From positions 33,294,001 through 33,358,000 of the forward strand of contig OX597834.1 of the NCBI GenBank assembly GCA_951406725.2: a stretch of 64,000 bases of DNA, written 5' to 3'. Source of the DNA: Octopus vulgaris (Eukaryota). Each line of letters starts with the position of its first letter. The stretch's first letter is position 1. Positions 40,499 through 51,741 of the stretch are shown here, in pieces. The notes beneath the pieces are model-generated. The model saw nothing but the letters and a program-made list of their open reading frames with translations. It ran no database searches and was not told the DNA's origin. The translations under genes and the position numbers were made by a program.

Positions 40499-43286
40499 AA
40501 CCGAACAAGGAACTACATGGTTGAGAAGCAAACTTCTTACCACACAGCCATGCCTGAACCTACAAATGTGTTTGTGTGTTTGTGTGATGACAATTGTGGT
40601 GTTAGTAATGATGGTGGTGGCCTTCATGACAATACTGATGAGGACACAACAGGCAATAGTAATGGGTGAAATGGTGGTGGTGGTGGTGAGAAGGTGACAA
40701 CTTGACACATTTCACACATTTATGAACAGCAAATAGTTTTAACATTTACAATTCAAAACATACACACACACACTATATAAATATATATATATGTGTGTGT
40801 GTGTATACACATACACACACATACCTTCCTAACCTACACAAACACACAGACAAGGTGTAAATAGGGGAGTGAGAGGAAAAACAAAAGTAATGTCAACAAA
40901 TCTTTAACAGGACTGACCTTTCTTCCATCACACACACACACAAAGACAAATGGTTCTTTTAAGTATAATGGTAGTGGTGGTGGTGGTGGTGGGGTCAGTT
41001 CTACAGTGTGTAGTGTCAATGATGATGTTAGTGCTGAGGATATGGTAGGCCCCCAGTTCAACACATGGTGGTGGTGGTGGTGATGGAGGCTGGTTGTGAC
41101 GTTGGTGGGGGGGGGGGGTCAACAGTAAGGCTTGTAGTGGTGGTGGTGGTGGCAGTGGAGGGTTCAGGTGTACTGGCTGCAGTGGAGGCAGTGATATGGA
41201 CATTGGTCAATTGTATAGGCTGTAGCTGCAGTAATAACAGTGGGGCAGTGAGATGCAATAGTTGTAATGGCAGGAGGTGGGCATGTTAGGAGGTTCATTC
41301 TGATGGTGGTGCTAATAGTTATATTGGTTATAGTGGAGACAGTAATGAGGATAAGGTCAACTGCACAGACTGTAGGGGGGGGGGGGGGGGTAGCTATAAT
41401 AGTGATGGGCATGTTAGGAGGTGTATTCTGAAGGTGGGTGATGGTGGTGTTAGTTGTATTGGCCTTAGTGACAGTGATGGAGATTTGTTGTGGTGATGGA
41501 GAGGGGGGGCAACCATATTGTTACAGTGGTGGAGATGGGCATGTTAGGAGGTTAGTTGTGATAAAGGTGAGTCAATTACACTGTTTGAGGTGGTGGTGGT
41601 GCGATGTCCTCCCACCACCACCACTGTAACATATATGGTTGTAGGGATGGGGTATGTTAGGAGGCTAGTTCTGATGAAGATAATGATGATGCTGATTGGG
41701 GTTAGAGTTGTTATTGCAAAGCCACAAAATATACGGGCGGGGGGGGGGCACAGACACAGATTTTCTCCACACCAATTAGTCCTGGTGCTGTCTGGAAGAT
41801 GCTGACAACCTTTAGCAGGTCCAGGTCACAGCCTGATGTACAGGGAAATGGAAGGGAGCTGAGGATCTAAACTTATGACAGTGGTGGTGGTGGTGGTGTT
41901 GGAGGTGGGAATGTAGAGAGAAAAACAAAAGGATTGTTGTTTTGGTGGTGATGTTCTCTCTTGGATCGGTCACTGCCTTGGTTTCATCTCATATATCTTT
42001 TATTCTTCTTCTTAGACTTTGGGCAGAATCAGTAAACACATCAGAGAAAATAAGGAGTAAAATTCCTTGTGGTTCCTTGCATTCTCAGTTCAAACTCCAT
42101 CAAGGACAACTTTGTTTTTCACCCCTTTTTTTTGGTGGGGGGGGGGTCTATAATTTTAAATACCATTTGAGCAACTGGGGTTGATGTAATCAACTAAACC
42201 CCACCCTGTAAATTTCTGATCTTGTGTCAAAGGAAGAATTACTTCTATTATTATTATCATGATTTTAAGGTGGTGAGATGATAGAATTGTTAGCACGCCA
42301 GGTGAAATGCTTAGCGATACTTCATCTGTGGCTATGTTCTGAGTTCAAATTCCGCTGAGTTTGACTTTGCCTTTCATCCTTACGGGATCGATAAATTAAG
42401 TACCAGTTGCATACTGGAGTCAATCTAATCGACTGGCCCCCACTCCCCTAAAATTTCAGGCCGATAGTAGAAAGGATTATTATCATTATTATTACTAGAA
42501 GCTGGCACAATTGTTAGCACACCAAGCAAAATGCTTAGTTGGTATTTTGCCCACCCCTGTGCAATTAAAAGATGAACTCATCAAACTCTTATAAAGGGTA
42601 ACATTATTGTTGAGACAGCAGAGGGTGTTTGGAGTTTCACATAGCAGTAGGACGTCTGTGAATACATTGCTTACCTCTGCTCCGTTAGATCATATATCCA
42701 AACGCAAGCATATATAACTTACATTCCAAATTAAACTTCTGCCAAGGTTGACTTTGCCGTTCATCCTTTCGGGGTTGATAAAATAGGTACCAGCTGAGCA
42801 TTGGAAGTTGACTTACCCAATTCTCCCAAAATTGCTGGCCTTGTGCCAAAATTTGAAACAATTATTATTATGCTGTAAGGCAGCAAGTTAGCACCATCAT
42901 TGGCAATTACGTTTTGAGTTGAAATTCTGACGAGGTCGACTCTGTCTCTCATCTTCCTGGGGGTCAATAAAATAAGTACCAGTTACGTACTGGAGTTGAT
43001 GTAACTGATGACTTCCAAACCCTACTCTCCGAATTTAACAAAAACAACTGCAAAATGCATCAGGCCACAGAAAATCTGCCTCGATAAACTCTGTCCAACC
43101 CATGCCAGCATGGAAAAGCAGACGTTAAAACAATGACGATAATGATATGCAACAAAGAGTACAATATGTTCCCCACACCACGTGAAGAGGACACCGGTCC
43201 ACTGCTGTAGCTGGGACTCGTTTTTAGTCAAGTGGACTAGTATGATGTTTTGCTGAAGAGCGCAATTCACAGCTCAACCTGGGGAT

Positions 43287-43440
43287 TGAAACCAAGACCA
43301 CATGGCTTAAACATGCATACACTCACACCGTCAGAACTTGAGGTTAACAGCACACAGCATTATTTATTATCTTTTTTAACAACAGTGCATCTCAGACATT
43401 TAATATTTTGATAAAGTTTGAAAATGAAATAAAATTAGAA
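43287..43440 (+). repeat. Local direct duplication (copy A; copy B at 43871-44028) bracketing IMP3 exon 2
   Basis: Two similar ~155-bp segments sharing an identical run catctcagacatttaatattttgataaagtttgaaaatgaaataaaat. Confidence 0.9.
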
Positions 43441-43500
43441 ACACAAAAAATGTTTAAGAAATGATAAATAAAACCAAGAAAAAAAATTAAAAGAACTCAC

Positions 43501-43608
43501 AATTTTTCTAATAATCTGGATGTTGCTTCTGCACGATACCCATCTTTCGGATCAAGTTCCTTGATTTTCCTTGCCAGTTCTCGGATGTCACGCGATAAAC
43601 CTTTATAC
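43501..43608 (-). CDS. IMP3: IMP3, coding exon 2
   Basis: Acceptor tttatttatcag, then G + YKGLSRDIRELARKIKELDPKDGYRAEATSRLLEK + TT, then donor gtgagt. 108 nt. The phase-2 junction completes AAG (K) with exon 1. Aligns to the IMP3 segment YNxLSRxVRELARxxxxL...LLxKL. Confidence 0.95.
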
Positions 43609-44033
43609 CTGATAAATAAATTTGAAGCAACATGAGAGCTGTTAAGAAACTACAGACGAAAATAAATTACATGTTAACCCATCGGTTGCACCGTGTTGTT
43701 TAACAACTATGCACTGAACTATGTGAATTAAGTGCTAATGCACACGATATGGCAAACACACCGAATGAAATTAACTCTTTCGTTTTACTGAATTTGTGGT
43801 GAAATGCACTGTCTCTATGTTTTAACCTTTCACCGGTTTCAGTCATTGGATAGCAGCCATACTGGGGCACTGAAACCAAAACCACGAGGTCAAACATACA
43901 TGCATACACTCACACTTCGTCTGAACTTGAGGTTAGCAGCACATTACATCATTTGTTATCTTTTTAACAACAGTTCATCTCAGACATTTAATATTTTGAT
44001 AAAGTTTGAAAATGAAATAAAATCAGAAGAGTG

Positions 44034-44451
44034 GGATCTTTTTGGTTTGAACGGCAGTTTTTTCTAGCAGCGTCATGAAATTGTCACCCATAATTATGAC
44101 CCTAGTATCGATCTATTGCATTTCAATCTGTTTTAGGGTTAGTTAGAGTTAGGGGTGGGGGGAAGGGTATCTTTTTTCTTCACAAATGTAAATAAACCCA
44201 ATCTGTTTCTTAAACGAGGGACATATTCATACGGCACAGAATGTTTTTTAGCTCAATAGACGTCAGTAATTGGTTGAAATTGCAGAAATTGAAGAAAAAA
44301 AACAACAAATATCTTACAAACTATAGAATTTTCTCAATAAAGCCAAGAGAAAAAGCTGTTTTATAAACACATTCTACCAGTATACGAAGTTTAAAATTTT
44401 TTAGTTACGTGGAAATTATGTTAAAAACTGCCATTCAAACCGAAAAGATCT
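44034..44451. mobile_element. MITE with ~29-bp TIRs and 8-bp TSD (Merlin-like)
   Basis: TIRs GGATCTTTTTGGTTTGAACGGCAGTTTTT / AAAAACTGCCATTCAAACCGAAAAGATCT. Perfect TSD gaagagtg (44026-44033, 44452-44459). Superfamily inferred only from the GG terminus and 8-bp TSD. Confidence 0.8.
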
Positions 44452-46333
44452 GAAGAGTGTAAGTGAAAGAAATGGACTCCAGTACTAATTTTTAAAAAAT
44501 TAAATCTGTTATTTATTCTATCAATCTCTTTTGCCTAACTGCTAAGTTACAGAAAGCGTAAACAAACCTACACCGGTTGTCAAGCAATAGTGGGAGTAGG
44601 GACACAGACCAAACACACACATATCTCTCAGTTATCAGACATTTTTCCCACAGAATTATGACATCTATTTACAACTGGTCAGGTAACCATGTACCTCCTC
44701 TACAGCAAAACACCTGTTTTTGTTTCATCTGGCACAAGACCACCCACTCCAATGCCCCGTCCCTTCTCAAAGATTCCTTGCCTTGCAGGTTATTTGGTGA
44801 CCCTGCCAGTGCTGGTGCCATGTAAATAAGCATCCAGTCCACACTGTGAAGTGGTTGGCATTTGGAAGGGCATCAAGCTGTAAAAACTATGCTAAAACTA
44901 ACCTCACCTGTGCTGGCGCCAAGTAAAAAGCAATCAGTTCACTCTGCAGGGTGGTTGGTGTTAGGAAGGGCATCAAACCATAAAAATTCTTGCAAGGTGG
45001 TTGGTGTTAGGAAGGGCATCAAACCATAAAAACTCTGCCAAAACAGATACAGAAACATGGTACAGGCTACTGCCTGGCCAGCTCCTGTCAAACAGTCCAA
45101 CCCATGCCAGCATGGAAAGCAGACATTAAACAATGACGATGAAGTAAGGTAAAGAGGAGACACAAACACTCACGCACCCACACAAATACCGACATCATCA
45201 TCATCATCATTACTTTTTGATGCCTGTTTACCATGCTGGCATGGGTTGGACAGATTCTCAGCAACTGCACCAATCCATGCTGTATGCTTTGGCACAGTTT
45301 CTATGGATGAATGACCTTCCTAACAACAGCCTCTTTATAGAGCCTATTGGGTGCTTTTTATGTGGCACACACAGCAGGGAGGTCAGCAAGTAACATGTGT
45401 GTATGTGTGTGTGTGTGTGCCAATGCCAGTGCTACCATGCTGGTGGCACATAAAAAGCACCCACTACACTCTCGGAGTGGTTGGTGTTAGGAAGGGCATC
45501 CAGCTGTAGAAACTCTGCCAGATCAGATTGGAGCCTGGCACAGCCTTCTGGCTTGCCAGTCCTCAGCCAAACCATCCAACCCATGCCAGCATGGAAAACG
45601 GACGTTAAACGATGATGATGATATATGCATGTGTGTGTAGATATACACACACATTAACTAATACAATATATACACACCATATCAGTAATCTGTGTCTTTC
45701 TTCGTTCCTGTTTACAATAAAACCTAATCCCTTTATATCAGTCTCAAAGTTATTATCTTTGTAGCATAACAACAACAACAATAATACTAACAATAATAAT
45801 GATGATGATTAAAAAAAATATACAGTAATAATAGCAACAGCAATATTATTAATCTTAACAACAACAACATCCGACTAATCCATCTCGTGTTTCTCTGGTT
45901 CCCCTCTCAGTTATTTCAAATATATTTATCTTTCATTAATTTCCATTACCAAAAATCTCTTGGAATATTCGGTTTCAGGTGTCGACATTTGTGGAAACAA
46001 GTGCTGCACCATTCCGCAACAAGTCCTCCTTCTTCTTCTTCTTCTTCTTCTTCTTGCTCCAGGTGCTCACTGCTAGATAATGTTTCTCTTTCTCCTTTCT
46101 TTCCCCCCCTCGAAGCTTTTTAAAGAATATTTTCCCCAAGATAACAACAACACCCACAGAAAAGCTACAACAACAACAACATCCACCACCACCACTACCA
46201 TCATCATCAACTCCCAAATCTCCTCCTCCTCCTCTCTAACTGCTGGCAAGAATCTCTTTTATATGGAGGTGTTGTCGGACAATGTTAATTTCACATTTTC
46301 TTGTTTGCATCAGTGTGTGTATATATGTATTAA

Positions 46334-46553
46334 CCCTTTCGCTACCGTATTTCTGTTGAGATGCTCTGTGTTTCTTTGAATTACTTTAAGTATAACAAAG
46401 AATTTAGTAAAATAACTTGGTTATCATTCAGCTAATGTTAGGAACATAAATTGTGACCAAGGTTTGGTGGAAGATTTTAATTCAAAACTCATGGAAACAA
46501 GACATTTGTACTCAGAGTCAGAACCGGTTTCAGCCGGGTTGGTAACAAAAGGG
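46334..46553. mobile_element. piggyBac-type MITE (family P1)
   Basis: TTAA|CCCTTTCGCTACC...GGTAACAAAAGGG|TTAA, body homologous to 13926-14139. Confidence 0.85.
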
Positions 46554-46965
46554 TTAATTTCATATTATGTGTGTGTGTGTGTATACACACACATATATAT
46601 ATGAGAGAGAGAAAAAGGTTTGGTGAAACAAACAAGACACCATTAGTGTGTATATATAGACAGATGGATATATGGCCTAATGGTTAGGGTGTTGATCTCA
46701 CGATTGTGAGTTTGTGGTTTCAATTCCTAGACCAAGCAGTGCATTGTGTTCTTGAGCAAAACATTTCATGTCACGTTGCTATGCAATCACTTGGACACCT
46801 GACATGTGGTACACCATGCACTTGTTCATTAACACTGATTTAATGGAGAGAGGGGGAGCTTAATGAGCAGCACAAATATTCGATCACTATAAACAAATCA
46901 TTTGTGCAGGTCGTTTGGCAAAAAGCTGATCACTCATACATCGTCTTTGACAGGAGAGTCCATCG

Positions 46966-47023
<58 letters not shown>

Positions 47024-47614
47024 CAAAATTCTATTTGACAAGTTCGAGAAAGGAACAAAAGCACTAATAATAATGAAGAAATAAGATTTTTTCCCAAAAT
47101 TCTGGCATTGGGCCTCACAGAGGTAATGTGGCCAATGCCAGTGTCATGTAACTTCCACCGGTGGCACGGAAAAACCATCTTTCGAGCACTGGGTCTCACA
47201 GAAACAATGACGATTGAGACCTTCGGCAATATGCTGTGCTTGAGAAGAAGACCCATCAAACCAAGTGAAATTGCTTATCATAGCAGATATTGGTGTCACG
47301 CAACTTGCACCCATTGCACTCTCAGAGTGGTTGGTGTTAAGAAGGACATCCAGCCATAGAAACCATGCCAAATCAGACTGGAGTCTAGTGCAGCCTTTCA
47401 GTTTACCAGCCCTGGTCAAACTGTCTGACGCATGCCAGCATGGACAACAGACATTAAAAGATGATGATGTACCAATCTCTGTTTTCATTGTTACTGTATT
47501 GTGTGTATGTATATGTGTGTGTGTGAGTCTGTGTGAATATATATATATATATATATATTACGGAGATGTACTTGCATAGTAAGTGATTTGATCTGAGATG
47601 GTGTGCTGAAACGA

Positions 47615-47872
47615 AAACAATTGCAGCGTAGAAGGTGTTTGTAAGCCATTTAAGAAACACACAAAAGCCATTCGATTCACTTCAACATTTAAGTTTAATT
47701 TGTCAAAATATTTTCGTTGCTTTAAGACCGCGACCTGTTTTTTGTCAGTGAACAGGTCGCGGTCTTAAAGCGACGAAAATATTTTGACAAATTAAACTTA
47801 AATGTTGAAGTGAATCGAACGGCTTTTGCGTGTTTCTTAAATGGCTTACAAACACCTTCTACGCTGCAATTG

Positions 47873-47875
<3 letters not shown>
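47615..47875. repeat. Near-perfect inverted repeat (125-bp arms, 11-nt spacer), Penelope-like foldback
   Basis: 47615-47739 is the reverse complement of 47751-47875 with 3 mismatches (47661, 47670, 47718). Lies between (TA)n tracts in IMP3 intron 1. Confidence 0.95.
47741..47791 (+). ncRNA. Minimal type I hammerhead motif with swapped G3:C8 core
   Basis: UUUGUCA-GUGAACA-G-GUCGC ggucuuaaa GCGAC-GAA-AAUAUU-U^UGACAAA: 7-bp stem I, 5-bp stem II, palindromic stem III. Core GUGAACA is CUGANGA with the C3-G8 pair inverted. Confidence 0.7.
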
Positions 47876-47920
<45 letters not shown>

Positions 47921-49459
47921 TACACACACACACATACAAGGGGGTGCTGAAGAGTTCCTGGCTTTGAGGGTATCGCAAAGTGCCTGGTTGGAGGCCCAAC
48001 CTTCCTAGTTCTTTAACAGGGCTTAGAAAAACTGACGGACCTCTGCAATAAACGTGTGAATGTGAGAAGGGAACATGTTGGATAAAATCATAATTAACTG
48101 ATCTTCCTGTATTTTCTTGTACCCAAAGCCAGGAATTATATAGTGATTAGCGGTGTTTAAGACACATCAAGCCAGTGCCAATGACACATAAAAGGTACCC
48201 ATTACACTCTCAGAGTGGTTGGCATTAGGGAGGGGCATCCAGCCGTGGAAACCAAAACAAATTAAACTGGAGCCAGTCAAATCATCCAACTCATGCCAGT
48301 AGGGAAAACAGGCACTAAATGATGATGATGATGATATATATATATGTAAGTAGAAATTATATGTACAACTACCACCGTTGTGTTCAGAGCTCCATGTAGA
48401 TTATCATAATCCAGTCAGCTTTCTGCAAAGTCGTTAATTAGCTGCTATACTGAGTAGTATTACCAGCCATGAGCTGCAGAACAAATATAGGAAAAATAAG
48501 GAAAAACGTACGTCAATATCAAAGTTCCTATGCACGTTTAAGCATTATAGCTACTTGGAGGCCTACGATAGAAGTTCCAAATGCATATAGAAGCTCAACT
48601 ACAATGGACCCTTAGGGAACACTTTATTGTATCAAATTACAGATAACTTCATCCTTATTTTTCTTATACATACATAAATATGCACACACACACACACACC
48701 ATATACTTTTTAATTGGAATAAAAGTTACAAGAGTATCTCTAAAGTTAAGAGCTTCATGCATAGTCATGCATGAAACTCTTTGCCCTTGAGGCACTTTTT
48801 TTAACAGTTCTTCTCATTAAAATTATCTAAGTCTATACATACATACACACACATATATATACATACATACACGCACACACACATATATATATATATGGCT
48901 GTGTGGTAAGAAGCTTGCTTCCGAACCACATGGTTCTAAGTTCAGTCCCACTATGTAGCTCCTTGGCCCAACCAAAGTCTTATATATATAAATATATATA
49001 TATCATCATCATTTAACGTCCGTTTTCCATGCTGGCATGGTTTGACTGGGGACTGGCAAGCAAGGAGCCCACACCAGGCTCCAATATGATCTGGCAATGT
49101 TTCTACAGTTGGATAGCCTTCCTAACGCCAACCACTCCAAGACTGTAGTGGGTGCTTTTTACGTGCCACTGATAAGGGACCCAATCAGGCGGCACTGGCA
49201 TCAGCCATGATTGGATGGTACTTTTTACATGGCACTAGCACAGAAGCCAATCAGGGCAAGAGGGCTGGCATCGACCATGTTCTCCTCAAGCATAACATGT
49301 TGCCCAACGATCGAAAGGTATTTGACTGCAGCAATGCTGGAGCACCGCCTTTAGTCAAGCAAATTCACCCCAGGATTTATTCTATCAGTCTCTTTTGCCA
49401 AATCACTTAGTTATGGGGGACGTAAACAAGCGATGTTGGGGGGACAAACAGACATACAA

Positions 49460-49502
<43 letters not shown>

Positions 49503-50172
49503 CGACGGGCTTCTTTCAGTTTCCGTGTACCAAATCCACCCATAAGGCTTTGGTCAGCTTGAGGCTATAGTAGAAGACACTTGCCCAAGGTGCTACGCAG
49601 TGGGACTGAACCCAAAACCATGTGGTTGATCTTTTTTCCTTTCACTTGTTTCAGTATTAGACTGTGGCCATGCTGGGGCATCACCTTGAAGAATTTGTAG
49701 TCGAATCAATCGACCCCAGTACTTATTTTTTAAGCCTGGTTCTTATTCTATCAAGTACATACACACACAAACCAGGATTCTTTCAGTTTCCATCTACCAA
49801 ATCCACTCGCAAAGCTTTGATTGGTTGGAAGCTATAATAGAAGCTCCACAGCCAGTTTCTTGCAAATTAGGGTTTCCAGGCCCGCTTCGTTTAACGATAA
49901 ACTTCGGCTCCCCCACTTCTGTAATCGGAAATATCTTCAAACCTAAGTCGAACAGGATGGAGTTTAAGAAATATACACACTTTAGTTACGTTTGTTAGTT
50001 ACTGTTGGTTGCCTTGTATTCGAACAGGGACCAGTGTTAACTTTGAAGTCTACAAATGCATAAATATATACACACTGGAATGGATAACGTATGTATGGGG
50101 TACTCTCGTGCCATGAAACCGGTGTTGTTATTCTGTACTTTGTAGAACAAGAGATAGATAGATAAATAGGTA

Positions 50173-50338
50173 GGCGCAGAAGTGGCTCTGTGGTAAATAG
50201 CTTGCTTACCAACCACATGGTTCCGGGTTCGGCCCCACTGCGTGGCACCTTGGACAAGTGTCTTCTACTATAGCCTCGGGCCGACCAAAAATCTTGTGAG
50301 TGGATTTGGTAGACGGAAACTTAAAGAAGCCCGTCGTA

Positions 50339-50421
<83 letters not shown>

Positions 50422-50629
50422 TTGTGTGTCTGTGTTTGTCCCCCTAGCATGCTTGACAACCAATGCTGGTGTGTTTATGTCCCCGTCACTTAGTGGTTCG
50501 GCAAAAAAGACCGGTAGAATAAGTACTGGGCTTACAAAGAATAAGTCCCGGGGTCGAGTTGCTCGACTAAAGGCGGTGCTCCAGCATGGCCGCAGTCAAC
50601 TGACTGAAACAAGTAAAAGAGTAAAGAGT

Positions 50630-50630
<1 letters not shown>
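50173..50630 (+). mobile_element. tRNA-derived CORE-like SINE (family S1), full-length copy with internal microsatellite
   Basis: A box TGGCTCTGTGG, B box GGTTCGGCCCC, CORE-like tggcaccttggacaagtgtc, internal (TA)n(TG)n, tail gaaacaagtaaaagagtaaagag. More than 20 full or partial copies on both strands (e.g. 133-530 -, 2275-2660 -, 10660-11050 +, 20362-20720 +, 21380-21780 -, 31130-31500 +, 36700-37105 -, 49320-49630 -, 53610-53960 +). Confidence 0.9.
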
Positions 50631-50665
<35 letters not shown>

Positions 50666-51396
50666 AGAAGTTATGTTATTGGTATAACTATAAAGAAAAT
50701 TTTTTACCCCACAATAATTTCCGATATAATAGTAATCTGTTCCATCTGGAAAACATCTGTTTGAAAATTTCATTAAAAAAACGTTAATTTTTCCGGAGGT
50801 TGAGGAAGGGAGTTGGACTGGAACATACTTGTGTAGCCCAACTCCTTTCCTATATATGTGTGTGTTATTTCTCTATAACATTACAAACATATATACACAC
50901 ACACACATACATTCGTGTTTGATAATATATTTATAATATATTTATGCCGGTTATGAAATGTACACACACAAACACACACATATATATCTTCGAAACACGC
51001 ATTGAGTCGAACCAGGGTCAGCTGAAGAAGGGGAATTTTCCTTGTATTGTTTGTCTTGTACTCTGTTTTTTTGTTAAAAAAGTCCGTTTCCTTGTTTGAT
51101 TTTATGTTTTCGTTTCTCGTTGTGTTCTACGTTTATTTGTGGTGTCCTGTACTCATGTATATATATTTATATATGCATGTATATATACATGTAGATGTAG
51201 GTATGTACATGTATGTATGCATGTTTTATTTATTAAATTGTTATATATATGTATGTATGTGTGTGTATATATGTTTGTAATGTTATAGAGAATATATATA
51301 TATAAAAGAATTAATAAATAATTACGGCAAGATGCCTTTCGACCGACGACACAAAAAACGCACGTGTTTTTTTCTTCTTAGAAACTTACAACTTAC

Positions 51397-51533
51397 TTTG
51401 TGAAATTTTCTCGCTTTAAAATATGGAACCTTCTCATCACTTTAACTTCTTTCAAATTATCGTCCACTTCCCAAGAAATGAAGTCGACCTTCTTAAGTAA
51501 TTTCTTTTCATGATATTTCAGCTTTCGGACCAT
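51397..51533 (-). CDS. IMP3: IMP3 (U3 snoRNP protein IMP3), coding exon 1
   Basis: Minus strand from the ATG at 51533 reads [45 protein letters not shown] plus AA, then donor gtaagt (51396-51391). It matches the conserved IMP3 N-terminus (MVRKLKxHExKLLKxVDF). 137 nt, ends in phase 2. Confidence 0.95.
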
Positions 51534-51741
51534 GTTTAAACAGTTTAATTAATCTTTCTTTCGAATCTTTCACCGAAAGAAACAAGACACGGCGACTTCT
51601 AACAGGAAGTTTACTATATCGTAAACCGAAATATATGTTCGCCTAAGCGACTGTCGTAAAAACTCTTCATACAAATAATTGATTGAGCAATGTCTTAGGT
51701 ATTTCGGTAATAATCCCATTTGTGTCTTCGATGATTTAAAG
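51534..51741 (-). promoter_or_regulatory. Probable IMP3 5'UTR / core promoter
   Basis: Repeat-free, locally CpG-retaining stretch directly upstream of the IMP3 ATG, with an ETS-like CAGGAAGT near 51603. The TSS cannot be placed from sequence. Confidence 0.4.

Noticed and set aside
41278-41680. CRISPR-like repeat-spacer pattern
   Set aside because: Eukaryotic context, imperfect repeats, long low-complexity spacers and no cas genes.
43287-43440. Duplicated intronic snoRNA in a ribosome-biogenesis gene
   Set aside because: CTGA motifs exist on the sense strand, but there is no RUGAUGA box C and no convincing H/ACA hairpins. The second copy interrupts a SINE, which favours templated insertion.
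50987-51033. Permuted (type II) hammerhead: CTTC-GAAAC...GTC...CTGAAGA-AGGGG
   Set aside because: Stem I and stem III pairing are poor, so this may be chance or a junction of fragments.
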